64,000 nucleotides of DNA from a virus (Duplodnaviria > Caudoviricetes): positions 64,001 through 128,000 of IMG/VR virus record IMGVR_UViG_3300001598_000034; one strand, written 5' to 3'. The position numbers were made by a program, and so were the translations under genes. The notes under the pieces are model-generated. The model was not told where the DNA came from. It did not search any database and saw nothing but the letters and a program-made list of their open reading frames with translations. Positions 27,576 through 37,454 of the stretch are shown in pieces; positions within the stretch are counted from its first letter, which is position 1, and every line of letters begins with the position of its first letter.

Positions 27576-28067
27576 TTATTCAGTTTTTAAATTTCCGTTA
27601 TCTCGCCAAATATTTAACGTTTTGGTGAGACGATCTACTTGATATAATTCTTGATTACTACTTCCATAATATGGGATCTTGCTGCTACGTAGAGATTCTA
27701 CATATGGACCTACTTTAACGAAGTCAATGTAGTTTGGGTAATCAGGAAATTCTTCCACAAATCTTTCTACGGTATACCCTGTGTAGAGTGTAACTGTAAG
27801 ATCTAGTTTATGTACTGCCACAGCTAACTCTTTGACTACATCTAGTTGTAGCATCGGTTCCCCACCAGAAAATGTAAATCCTGTAGTAAGAGCTGTGCGT
27901 TCTTTGAGTATATCCTCTATACTTACTAACTTACCCCCGTTGCAGTCATGAGTATGTGGGTTATGGCATCCAGGGCAATTTGCTTTACATCCCTGAAATA
28001 CCACAACTGTGTTTATACCTGGTCCGTCAGTAATAGAATCAAGTAGGATTTGATTTATTCTCGGCAT
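27576..28067 (-). CDS. nrdG: anaerobic ribonucleotide reductase activating enzyme (radical SAM)
   Basis: DGPG...FQGCKANCPGCHN, TFSGGEP, GSSNQ; ATG 28067 after GGAGG. Confidence 0.93.
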   Translation of the reverse strand: MPRINQILLDSITDGPGINTVVVFQGCKANCPGCHNPHTHDCNGGKLVSIEDILKERTALTTGFTFSGGEPMLQLDVVKELAVAVHKLDLTVTLYTGYTVERFVEEFPDYPNYIDFVKVGPYVESLRSSKIPYYGSSNQELYQVDRLTKTLNIWRDNGNLKTE

Positions 28068-29469
28068 TGTCACATACCTCCATAAGTTCGTCCACTCCGA
28101 TAGGTATGCCCATATGAGCTGTACGATCATGGAGTTCTGCTAATTTGCCATTGTTGAAGTTTTCAATTTTGCTGAAGTATCCTGTAATACGACGTACTCT
28201 GCGTAGGTCTTTGGATCCACACACGGGACATCCTTCTAATGGAATGATTCCTAAGAAATCACACTTATTGCAGAAGTCGATAGGAAAATTAAGGGCTATG
28301 TACCCTGCATCCTGATCACAAGCAAAATTCACTAATTTCTCTATTGATTCTATATTGCCAATAGGGGCTGATCCAAGTTCTACATAAAGAATATGACCAG
28401 CATTTGCAAACTTATGATAAGGAGCTTCCAAACGAATCTTTTCTTCAGCAGTTACTCGTGCAAACGGAGCCACATGACAACTGTTTACAAAGTAATCTCG
28501 ATCAGTAATGTTTGGAACTATACCAAACTTCTTACGAGTTGCTTTTAACAATGTATGACATGCACTCTCTGCAGGAGTAGCAATTACAGAGAAATTAAGA
28601 TGATACTTCTCTGTTAATTTATTTGTAAAGTTATACATGAATTCAGCGATCTTTAATCCTAATGCTTGTGATGCTGGATCTTCATGTTGTGCTTTACCTG
28701 TAAGACACATAAGAGTTTCATAAATTCCAATATATCCAATTGTATGAGTACCGTTCTTTAAGGATTCTTCAATACTTTCATCTTCAGGTCTATTTTCGGA
28801 ATTGAGCCAGAGACCTGTCATATTGAAGGGAATATCTTTGCGTCTTAATTGCTTTAAGACGTTATAACGATGAATTAATTGTTGCTCACACAATTCCATT
28901 GTTTCTTGTAAGAGCTTAAAGAACTCATCAACATTTCCTTTTGCCTCTAATGCTAAGTAAGGCAAGTTGATTGTCGTAAAGGATACGTTGCCACGTCCAT
29001 TAGCAACGCATGGTCCATTTACATTTGATGCAATGCGTGTTCTGCAACCCATGTAGGAAACTTCTTTTCCAAAAGGAGCATTAAAGGAACTATTCATATT
29101 AATGTATGTTGGGAACATACGCTTAGCCGTTACTCTTAATGCTAATTGGAATAAATCATAGTTTGGATCTTCTGGTCTACGATTAACACCAGTTTTAATT
29201 TTGAACAATATATTAGGAAACATCGGCTGTTCATGATGGCCTAGACCTGCATCATAAGCTTCAAGAATCGCTTTTGTCACCATACGTTCTTTAGGACTTG
29301 TGCCCATTCCTAATGTAATTGAGGAAAAAGGCACTTGATTACCAGCTCTTGCATGCAAAGTATTTAAGTTTCCAATAAAACCTTCACACGCTTGAAATAA
29401 TTCTTCGTAGGTAGTATCATCTGTAACATACTCTGCCATTTCCATATCAAAGTCTGATACACCTATACC
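28039..29469 (-). CDS. nrdD: anaerobic (class III) ribonucleotide reductase, exon 2
   Basis: RAGNQVPFSS, MFPN, YMGCRT, GRGN, ATPAES, CxxC...CPVC and glycyl-radical motif RRITGY. Exon begins GGT ATA GGT after the intron terminal G. Confidence 0.93.
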   Translation of the reverse strand, partial: GIGVSDFDMEMAEYVTDDTTYEELFQACEGFIGNLNTLHARAGNQVPFSSITLGMGTSPKERMVTKAILEAYDAGLGHHEQPMFPNILFKIKTGVNRRPEDPNYDLFQLALRVTAKRMFPTYINMNSSFNAPFGKEVSYMGCRTRIASNVNGPCVANGRGNVSFTTINLPYLALEAKGNVDEFFKLLQETMELCEQQLIHRYNVLKQLRRKDIPFNMTGLWLNSENRPEDESIEESLKNGTHTIGYIGIYETLMCLTGKAQHEDPASQALGLKIAEFMYNFTNKLTEKYHLNFSVIATPAESACHTLLKATRKKFGIVPNITDRDYFVNSCHVAPFARVTAEEKIRLEAPYHKFANAGHILYVELGSAPIGNIESIEKLVNFACDQDAGYIALNFPIDFCNKCDFLGIIPLEGCPVCGSKDLRRVRRITGYFSKIENFNNGKLAELHDRTAHMGIPIGVDELMEVCDNAENKSNPT

Positions 29470-30464
29470 CGTTTAATCTTATACTTTCATATAAGCCTGA
29501 CTATATCTTCTCTCTTATCGGAGAGCTTCGCGCTTTGAATAAAAGAGTTTCACTTTTACTCTACTCTACTTAGTTACTTTCTGCTGGAGCAGATACCTGT
29601 TCGATAGTCGATGCACTTTTTAAACTAAGAGTGTGGTTAATTAAAAATAGATATTTAGGATTATTTAATTTATATAATACATCATGATAAGACTTATTCA
29701 ATTTCACAGCTAACTCCTTAATATTATTAGCTTCATAAATTATTTTTCCATTATATATAGCTTGAATAGTTGTTGATGTTTTAACAATTATAATATATCT
29801 CCAAATAACAATTTCTGGGTGTAATATTATTTTACGTATTGTACACTTTTTAAGTGGTAAAATACAGCTTGCAGTATGAATGTTTCTATACTCTATAATA
29901 CTTGACGTAGCTATATTTTTAACTATAACTGGTTTAGAACATGCAGGTATAGCGTCTGGTACGTTATGGTGATAATGTCTAATATTATCCCCATTTGTAA
30001 TTAATTCTAAATTATCTAAATTATTATTATGTTTATTTAGATCTTTATGGTTAACAACTAAACCATCATCAGGAGTATGATTTAAAAATGTATCAGCCAT
30101 TAGATTATGAATTTTCTTATAATTATGTTTTGTGTTTGTAGACAGTACAACTCTATAATAGCCATCTCTGTCTTGGCCATAGGCCATTTTACGCGGATTG
30201 CTATAATCTGTTTTACCGTGTGCTCCTTTCACAAACATACTATACAAATCCCCAGTTTTTGTGATAAAATAATGGGGAAAATTTTTTACAGGGTAAGCTT
30301 CTTCCCCATTTATTATGATCATTATTTATTTTCCTTTTCTTAGTTTAACTTAGCACAGGATAACCCTACGTATTACTTTAAGGGCTTCCCCTGTTAGCCT
30401 TCAGATTACTGAAGACACCTGGTATTTACCAGTTCACGAAGTTTTAATTCGGCAGTATTTATTT
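29470..30464 (-). mobile_element. group I intron in nrdD (995 nt) carrying an HNH homing endonuclease
   Basis: 5' exon ends TTCGGT and pairs with IGS GCCGAA (U.G wobble); P7 GACTA/TAGTC with AAGATATAGTC; terminal G. Splicing restores ANSQFG|GIGVSDFD in frame (711 aa). Confidence 0.92.
29570..30322 (-). CDS. intron-encoded NUMOD4-HNH homing endonuclease
   Basis: YFITKTGDLYS, GYYRVVL, HNLMADTFL, VNHKDLNKHNNNLDNLE. Confidence 0.9.
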   Translation of the reverse strand: MIIINGEEAYPVKNFPHYFITKTGDLYSMFVKGAHGKTDYSNPRKMAYGQDRDGYYRVVLSTNTKHNYKKIHNLMADTFLNHTPDDGLVVNHKDLNKHNNNLDNLELITNGDNIRHYHHNVPDAIPACSKPVIVKNIATSSIIEYRNIHTASCILPLKKCTIRKIILHPEIVIWRYIIIVKTSTTIQAIYNGKIIYEANNIKELAVKLNKSYHDVLYKLNNPKYLFLINHTLSLKSASTIEQVSAPAESN

Positions 30465-31169
30465 ACCGAACTGGCTATTTGCTGCACTCTGGAGTGCAAT
30501 TGCTGCCAAAGCAAATGCCGTACCAATGTGACTTGGACGACGTAAGTACCCATGAGGCATCTTCATATTATTTAATACTTTGTGGACTTCAAAGTTCAAA
30601 CAATTATAGGTAATGCCATAGAAACCTAAATCATGGATATAAATTTTACCATCCTTATGCGCTTGCGCAATATCAGGCGGTAACAACTTTTCTAACGCAT
30701 ACATCTTATTTACTGACTCTGCTATTTGAGCCATCTTGCTTGCAGGACTTAGTAAAGTGTTTGCATTAGACTTGTCTGTCTCTTTGGTAATAGCTTCTAC
30801 CTGGTCCATAAGACTAAGCATTGCTTCTTTACCCTGTTTACGGTCATTTCTGTACTCAATGTAACTACGGGCTGCATCCTTATCAACATCCATCAAGGCA
30901 TCTTCAACCATATGATGAATAGACTCGTATGTGATCACCGTGTTACTCTTGCTGAAATTAGCAACTTTTTCAGTAACAATAGCTGTTACAGATTTGGCTA
31001 ATTCATCAGCTTTTTCTCTGTCATATCCACATGACAATAATGCTGCCCAAGCCGCACGTTCAATTTTCATTGCATTAAAACGTACTAACTTTCCAGCTTT
31101 GTTTAGGACTTTAATTTCATTCTGATTTCGTGCTGCCTGTGCAGTCCCCGAAACTTCATTTTGTACCAT
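30465..31169 (-). CDS. nrdD: anaerobic ribonucleotide reductase, exon 1 (ATP cone)
   Basis: ATP cone (VLNKAGKLVRFNAMKIERA...ARSYIEYR), AHKDGKIYIHDL, YNCL. Confidence 0.92.
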
Positions 31170-31439
31170 ATTTAGGTACCTCCGTTATTAAATTAAGAGC
31201 TATAAAAGCTCCGTAATATATATTATACCTGTATTAGTGCCTTTCTATCCAATCAGCCATAGCACCAATTAATATTAGTGGAGATAATAGGAGTAGTACT
31301 ATTAATGAGAGAGCTATACCAGGTAGTATTAGTAATAAGAATATAGCTAATAATACCAAGCCTTTTCCTATGTCTTTTAAATATTGCCAGTCAATATCAA
31401 CCATACTGTTTATTCCTTTAACTTATATGCTATCATATC

Positions 31440-31649
31440 TCAATGAAGTTTCATTGAACAATTAATGCCATGTAACGAATCACGTATATTTTCCAATATA
31501 CTATTATGCGCATTCATATAGCTATTATACATATGTAACTCATCTACCAACCTAGATATAGATTTAGCAATCAAAGACATTGATTCTTGTGGTGTTAAAT
31601 AATCTATTTTATATGCTTCCTCAAATTCTTTTGGTGTTGAAAAACTCAT
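31440..31649 (-). CDS. hypothetical protein
   Basis: 69 aa, GAGGAG RBS. Confidence 0.6.
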   Translation of the reverse strand: MSFSTPKEFEEAYKIDYLTPQESMSLIAKSISRLVDELHMYNSYMNAHNSILENIRDSLHGINCSMKLH

Positions 31650-31653
31650 AATA

Positions 31654-32253
31654 TTACTCCTCGACTACCTCTAACTCTACAGGTGGATATGTCCAAGCTC
31701 CATGAAATTTTTCCCTAGGCATATTCATTTCCATTGTCATAGCACCGCCTATGTATTGTGGTAGCCAGTGTATACATTCATTACAGAGTCTTAGTTCTCT
31801 TGTTTTGATCCTTCTGTCGTCGATTCTAATATCAAGTTGGACAAGGTGACTTTCTCCATTGCTTGATCCAAAACTTCCCCCGCAGAATCTGCAAATGGAC
31901 CTAGAGCTATCTCCGTCCTTTCCTGTATCCATTTCCACATGTTCATCACGTCTAGATCGTCCACTTTCTTTTCCTTTCGTAGCCATGCGGTCAGCGATTG
32001 CTTGTTCCACTTTTGCTGCTCTACTTCTTCCTGGCCTAACTGTAGATGTAGCATCTTTACTGCTTCCTCCACTATTTTTGCTACTTTTAACAATACTGGC
32101 TCCGGAACTGGTTGCTTTTTCAGCCAATCGATCTCTTTCAATTTCTGCTTTTGTTCGTCTGTGTCGTTTTGCAGGCATGGATAATACTTCTCCGCTAATT
32201 GCAATGTTTCCAGTTGATTTGCTGGAAGAGTTATTTCCTTTTTCTTTAGCCAT
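31654..32253 (-). CDS. hypothetical protein with RRTKAEIE motif and C-terminal CxxC pairs
   Basis: Low-complexity basic N-terminus; CRFC...CNEC. Confidence 0.6.
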   Translation of the reverse strand: MAKEKGNNSSSKSTGNIAISGEVLSMPAKRHRRTKAEIERDRLAEKATSSGASIVKSSKNSGGSSKDATSTVRPGRSRAAKVEQAIADRMATKGKESGRSRRDEHVEMDTGKDGDSSRSICRFCGGSFGSSNGESHLVQLDIRIDDRRIKTRELRLCNECIHWLPQYIGGAMTMEMNMPREKFHGAWTYPPVELEVVEE

Positions 32254-32936
32254 TCTTTCATTCCTTTTTGTTCATTATTTAAGAGTAATTTTCTTCGTTC
32301 TTTTAACTCCTTATATATTGTATTCATTGAATTTGTCTTATCAAATACATATACTGAGGCGGCATTAACAAAATCTGATAAGCATATTAATGCCTCATTC
32401 TTTTCTGCCTTGGTTAAAGGAATTCCATACTCTTGACTAAATTTGTTTTTAATGTGGTCTGATCCACGACGTAGAATTCCTCGTTCTTCTAAGAAATAAA
32501 CAAAATAAGCACTTAAAATATCTAAACAGTCTTTACATAATGGAAATACTGGGAATAACTCTATTCCATTAATAACAACCTTGCCTTCCCATTCTGGATG
32601 TAACTTATTTTTATATATTTCTCCATGTCCATCTATTGCACAAAATTCACGTTCTTTTTTAATTTGATTTAGTTGTACTAAGCGTGTTTCTAATTTGCGC
32701 AAACGTTTAACGGCACATATAGGGCATTCACCATCTATCATATTATGTTGTGCGCAATTATTACCACATGTTTTACAATGAATATCCTTTGTTGTAGTAG
32801 GTTTATTAGCATTGTCAGGATAAAACTCTGGTGAATACTTAGTAGTGTCTATTTCGATATCAGAAGAACTATTTTCATACTCAAGGTCTTGGCTAGAATA
32901 AGACTCACCGGCTTCCCCTAAACTTGCTTCATTCAT
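31791..32936 (-). CDS. hypothetical zinc-finger protein; 3' part overlaps the next gene
   Basis: CKTC, CPIC, CKDC motifs; 463-nt same-strand overlap. Confidence 0.6.
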   Translation of the reverse strand: MNEASLGEAGESYSSQDLEYENSSSDIEIDTTKYSPEFYPDNANKPTTTKDIHCKTCGNNCAQHNMIDGECPICAVKRLRKLETRLVQLNQIKKEREFCAIDGHGEIYKNKLHPEWEGKVVINGIELFPVFPLCKDCLDILSAYFVYFLEERGILRRGSDHIKNKFSQEYGIPLTKAEKNEALICLSDFVNAASVYVFDKTNSMNTIYKELKERRKLLLNNEQKGMKEWLKKKEITLPANQLETLQLAEKYYPCLQNDTDEQKQKLKEIDWLKKQPVPEPVLLKVAKIVEEAVKMLHLQLGQEEVEQQKWNKQSLTAWLRKEKKVDDLDVMNMWKWIQERTEIALGPFADSAGEVLDQAMEKVTLSNLILESTTEGSKQEN

Positions 32937-33165
32937 TCTTGGATCCCTTTACCATTCCGCACAAGGACTTTACTACCCCAACTACAATGTCAGCAAGATC
33001 ATTACTGATTTTAATACTAGTAGTATCGCTTCCTCGCTCTCCTGATATTTGCAGATTTAAAGATTGGTTTGAGTGGTTCTGTTCCTCTTCTTTTTTCAAT
33101 AAATTTTCTAAGTCGTTCATTATAACTCTCCAATTCTGGCTGATTTTTAGCCATACTCTTTTCAA
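32929..33165 (-). CDS. hypothetical protein
   Basis: Likely starts at MNDLEN; bridges two larger genes. Confidence 0.45.
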   Translation of the reverse strand: MKRVWLKISQNWRVIMNDLENLLKKEEEQNHSNQSLNLQISGERGSDTTSIKISNDLADIVVGVVKSLCGMVKGSKNE

Positions 33166-33745
33166 AATAAGGCTTCATTAACATTATGTATTCTTTATTA
33201 CACCCCTGATATTCTCGAGTAATATAAGAATATACATCTTCCCAAGTATACCTATCTGGATCATAATGTTCTTGAAGCTTGTTAAATACATTTACATAGC
33301 CAATAATAACTTGACGTTCTTTATTGGTTATTTCTTCTTTAACTCTTAGCTCTTCTTCTTCAATTTGAAGTTCTTCTGGTGTCTTAAATATTATACCTGA
33401 AGGAATAGGAAAGAAGTCTAAAGTTTGTGGTATCCAATTATTAATAATATTAGAATAATGAAACAATTTTACATATATACCAACATTATATGCAGCATTT
33501 AATACAGAGATAGTAGCTCCAACTAACCCACTTAAATACAGGTTAATAGCTTTAATTCCTTTAGCTTTCCATCCTAATAGTTTTATTGTTGCGATTCCTT
33601 CAAAGGTGCTAAAATCTCGTTGATCATATCCCTTATTTACTTCTTCAAAAATAAAATCCTTGACATAACTTGGCCACTTATGCCTTTTTTCGAATAAAGC
33701 AACATTAAGAACTGCATTACTTGGCATGGCTAATCTTAACTCCAA
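33017..33745 (-). CDS. hypothetical protein
   Basis: Likely starts at MPSNAV after GGAG. Confidence 0.65.
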   Translation of the reverse strand: MELRLAMPSNAVLNVALFEKRHKWPSYVKDFIFEEVNKGYDQRDFSTFEGIATIKLLGWKAKGIKAINLYLSGLVGATISVLNAAYNVGIYVKLFHYSNIINNWIPQTLDFFPIPSGIIFKTPEELQIEEEELRVKEEITNKERQVIIGYVNVFNKLQEHYDPDRYTWEDVYSYITREYQGCNKEYIMLMKPYFEKSMAKNQPELESYNERLRKFIEKRRGTEPLKPIFKSANIRRARKRYY

Positions 33746-35588
33746 GCTCTGGTACTGAGCTCATTCGCCAATTGTCGTCTTCACGTCCTCTTTGAATACT
33801 AGGGCCAAAAATAATTAAAGAGATTCCAATTTTTTCCTGTAAGGTTATTTCACGTTTCGCTAACTGCTCATAATTACGAGCTCCTGGAGGAATAATTGGG
33901 AATATTTGTGTGCTCAGCAGTTTAAAGTCAAATGGATTCGTATAAATATTTTCCCCCGTGAACTTGTCTGCTTTATCAATATAAGTATCAAATACTCTTT
34001 GAATACTATTTACAGTAACTGCTCCATAATAATTACTGCCATTAAACCCATCTTTTGAGTCTTTAGCTACCTCTTCTTTACTCAATGCAATAAGGGGTTT
34101 TTCTGCTTTATTTACCCAATAGTCTAAGAAAGATTCATTATTCAACTTTTCCAATGTTCCACTACCTAAAACAGCCAGAATAATATATGCGTCAGAAGCA
34201 TGAGGTTCATGAGCATTAAAGTCAGAAGCTGTGAATTCAGGTCTTTCTACATCGTTTCTTTTGTTAATAGTGAATACACCATTACGACACTTAGTGGTAA
34301 CTGTACGTATAATATTGAGTGGTTTAAAACTTTCAAAACTAATTTTTTCTACTAACTTGGGATCAATACCATTAAAATCATTATAAATATATTGAGCTAA
34401 TGGTACAAATACATCTGATAGTGCCTCTTGTTTTTTACATGCTTTAAAAGTATTTTCAAGTGGGGAACCCATCATGAAAGCAGTATATAATAAGTCACTC
34501 AGATTTTTAAACAGCATAAAGATATTATTAATTTTGTTAAGTTCTTTAAACCCTTCTTTTAAACTTTCTTGCTTTATACTTGCTATTGAAGACAAAGCTA
34601 GTTTTATATTAAGTATATTTTCTTGAGCTGTTTGTTGAATATTGTCAATAGAGGAAAATAAAACTCCCAAAATACCAGCAAAAGAAGAAATTCTTTCCCC
34701 TGAAGTGACTCCTTGATACCCATAAGGAATACAAGCTAAACCAGAAAAATTATGATCATCAGGAATTGTTATACGATGTCTATCTTTTTTCTTATCATAC
34801 AAAGCCCCAGCACCAATTAAATAATTATAATAAATCCCCAAAAATATAGATAAATAGAAATAAATATTTTCTAAAATGCAAATAAACGCTTTACGGATAT
34901 AGTCTTTGTTTTCTAAATTAGACAATTCATTAGTACCTACACTCCTGTAGTAAAAACGGTTTCCAGTTGGACAATCTATTCTTCTTCCACCAGGATCAAA
35001 AAACAAAAGTGTATCAAAACATACATCACGTGTTTGCATGTCTGTATCTTTAAGGATCTTATTAGGAATATGTTCTAAAATCTTCTTATAGAAAAACGTT
35101 TCTGTCCATTTAGGGAGTGTATAAAATTGTTTATTTACATCAAAAATATTGCTAATATTACAAATAGTTTTATTTAATAACGGTGTAAAATCTTCTAAGA
35201 ATTCTCCTAAAAGAACTTCATTTGATAACTTCGTACCGAAAGCAGTTTTCTTATTTCTAGAAATTATCTGGAGTGTTCGTTTAGACTCTTTTAAAAACGG
35301 AATAATATCCTTCTCGATTGAATATAATTGGTCTTCACTATTTACTTTTCTTAACTTAATAGAATCTAAAGGATTTTTACTTTCAGTTTTAACCCCTCCG
35401 TTGACTTTCTGTAAAAATTTACTAAACATCTTAATAAAATGAATAGATTCTTGAAAACTATTAGCATGAATAGTATCAGGTGTAAGTCGGCTCTCCCTAG
35501 CAAAATTATAGTTTGTGTGTGGGAAATTACCTTTAAAAGTAAGTCCAGCTAAAAGTTGGTCAGTTATGACCGTAGTAGTTTCTTCCAT
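33717..35588 (-). CDS. hypothetical protein (623 aa)
   Basis: Long ORF, GAAGGT RBS, first gene after a GGTATAAGTAT motif. Confidence 0.75.
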   Translation of the reverse strand: MEETTTVITDQLLAGLTFKGNFPHTNYNFARESRLTPDTIHANSFQESIHFIKMFSKFLQKVNGGVKTESKNPLDSIKLRKVNSEDQLYSIEKDIIPFLKESKRTLQIISRNKKTAFGTKLSNEVLLGEFLEDFTPLLNKTICNISNIFDVNKQFYTLPKWTETFFYKKILEHIPNKILKDTDMQTRDVCFDTLLFFDPGGRRIDCPTGNRFYYRSVGTNELSNLENKDYIRKAFICILENIYFYLSIFLGIYYNYLIGAGALYDKKKDRHRITIPDDHNFSGLACIPYGYQGVTSGERISSFAGILGVLFSSIDNIQQTAQENILNIKLALSSIASIKQESLKEGFKELNKINNIFMLFKNLSDLLYTAFMMGSPLENTFKACKKQEALSDVFVPLAQYIYNDFNGIDPKLVEKISFESFKPLNIIRTVTTKCRNGVFTINKRNDVERPEFTASDFNAHEPHASDAYIILAVLGSGTLEKLNNESFLDYWVNKAEKPLIALSKEEVAKDSKDGFNGSNYYGAVTVNSIQRVFDTYIDKADKFTGENIYTNPFDFKLLSTQIFPIIPPGARNYEQLAKREITLQEKIGISLIIFGPSIQRGREDDNWRMSSVPELGVKISHAK

Positions 35589-35669
35589 TACAAATTAAAT
35601 ACCTTCTTTCTATAACTAAAAATACGTGGAGCATAAATAGAGAAGCTAAAATGGCGCTTCTCTGCATAA

Positions 35670-35720
35670 TACTTATACCAAATTTTTAATACTTTATTTG
35701 TCCTTAATTTTAGGTATAAT
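35670..35720. promoter_or_regulatory. divergent promoter pair at the strand switch
   Basis: - strand GGTATAAGTA (35670-35679) and + strand AGGTATAAT (35712-35720). Confidence 0.6.
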
Positions 35721-35785
35721 ATCTAATAGAAAACAAAAATTATTTTAAAGAGGACTACTAAAGTCCCAGAAAGGTAACAATTACA

Positions 35786-36592
35786 ATGGAAAATAACAAC
35801 CCGTTTGAACTTCAAATCAAAAAAATGCAAGCAACAGCTCCCGAAGGATTAGGCGAAAATTCTAATATGCCTGATAATGCAGAAGAGGAATTAAAAAAGA
35901 TTCAAAATGTAATCCCCCAAGAGGCTGATAATAACCTTGAAGAAGGGTTTCAAAAAATGATGAATATTCTGGAGAAAACAGCACCTAAAATGCCTGAAGA
36001 AGGACAAGTTAAAAAGGAAAAACCGAAAGTTAAAAAGGCTGTAGCATTAGAAAAAGCTATTTCTACTAAAACAGACGATGATGCAAAAGCTTTAACTAAT
36101 ATAAACATTGACGAAACGTCTACTTCTACCGCAACTTCTCTAAAAAATAAGTCAGAAGAATTAGGGCTAAATTATAAAGACGAAGAAATTTTGCCTTTAA
36201 TTGATAGTTTATTGACAAAAGGGTATGCTTCTGAAACAACTACATTACGTGGTTATAATATTACTTTTAGAACATCTTATCTTTGGGAAGATCAGGAAGT
36301 AGTATCTCGCACAGATGCTAAAGCCTCTGAATTAACATTGAATGCAAGCGGCTCATTTTTCTATGATATTTATTCTTTGGCCGCAAACTTAGAGCAATTT
36401 GGGGCTAACTATTTTAAACCAATAAGTAAAGGTAGCCCTTCTGATTTACAAGAATCATTCAATGCTAGAGTTGAATTCATTGAAGGTTTGTCTTCTCCTT
36501 TCGTTAATATTTTAATGCGTAAAAAACTTGAATTTCTTAAAAAAGTTCAATTTTTATTAGATAACTACGATAGACTTTTACAGGCTTTTTAA
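35786..36592 (+). CDS. putative tail assembly chaperone (gpG-like)
   Basis: Lies upstream of the tape-measure-like gene; ends at slippery GCT TTT TAA. Confidence 0.65.
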   Translation: MENNNPFELQIKKMQATAPEGLGENSNMPDNAEEELKKIQNVIPQEADNNLEEGFQKMMNILEKTAPKMPEEGQVKKEKPKVKKAVALEKAISTKTDDDAKALTNINIDETSTSTATSLKNKSEELGLNYKDEEILPLIDSLLTKGYASETTTLRGYNITFRTSYLWEDQEVVSRTDAKASELTLNASGSFFYDIYSLAANLEQFGANYFKPISKGSPSDLQESFNARVEFIEGLSSPFVNILMRKKLEFLKKVQFLLDNYDRLLQAF

Positions 36593-36936
36593 AAAGCCCC
36601 AAGTATTTAATTCGGGGCGATTTCTTTATTAATAAAATACCTTTACCTGAGTTAAATAGCATTCAAGACGCTTTAATGCAATCTTTATGGCTAAGAAATC
36701 ATCAGCTAAAGGCATTTGAAGTACTCATTAATATATTTGCTAATGGCCTTGCAATAAATCCTGATATTAGTAAAAAAATAAATGAACTTACAGAAGAATA
36801 TCTAGATCTTTGCTTACCTGGAACTAAAGAAGTAAATAAGAAAAACAACGAAGATTTTATTGCTAAATCAGCACAAACATTAAAGGAAGTAGCAAACTTA
36901 TTAGCAAACAATTATCAAGGAAATAGATTAAAATAA
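36586..36936 (+). CDS. -1 frameshift extension of the tail chaperone (gpGT-like)
   Basis: The -1 frame is open from 36586 (FLKSPKYLIRGDFF...) into the 86-aa ORF; GCCCC/GGGGC hairpin just downstream. Confidence 0.65.
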   Translation, partial: FLKSPKYLIRGDFFINKIPLPELNSIQDALMQSLWLRNHQLKAFEVLINIFANGLAINPDISKKINELTEEYLDLCLPGTKEVNKKNNEDFIAKSAQTLKEVANLLANNYQGNRLK

Positions 36937-37428
36937 ATGGCATTTGAATTCAATATCTTACATAAAACTCCGATAGTAAATGATTTAGTGCATGCTGCAC
37001 AAACAGTAAATGATGATCCTGGAAATTATAAGAAAAAAGCTTTATTATCTGGAGCGCTTACAACGGGCATGGGAACTTACGGATTATATAAGTTACATAA
37101 AGAGTTTCCTAAAGTAACTGGTAAACAGAGCATGTTACGAGCACTTACTGCTCTTGCTTTTCCTGCTGGAATATATTATGCTGTTACACATAATAATTCT
37201 AATAAAGATATAGCAATTGGCGCTGGAACCTCTATTGGTGGATTGGCTTTACGGCATAAACTTAATCTTAGCCCAACAATAGAAAATATGGATATAACAA
37301 ACATACCATTAAAAACACATGCCCGGACTGCTGCTCCATTATTGGGAGCTACACTTACTGGAACATATATGTTTAACCAGTTACAAAATGCTAAAAAACT
37401 AGAACAAAGAAAATTTATTAATAGTTAA
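36937..37428 (+). CDS. hypothetical protein with Gly/Ala-rich hydrophobic segments
   Basis: 163 aa, abuts the previous stop. Confidence 0.65.
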   Translation: MAFEFNILHKTPIVNDLVHAAQTVNDDPGNYKKKALLSGALTTGMGTYGLYKLHKEFPKVTGKQSMLRALTALAFPAGIYYAVTHNNSNKDIAIGAGTSIGGLALRHKLNLSPTIENMDITNIPLKTHARTAAPLLGATLTGTYMFNQLQNAKKLEQRKFINS

Positions 37429-37454
37429 ACATTATAATAGAGGAAATATAACCG

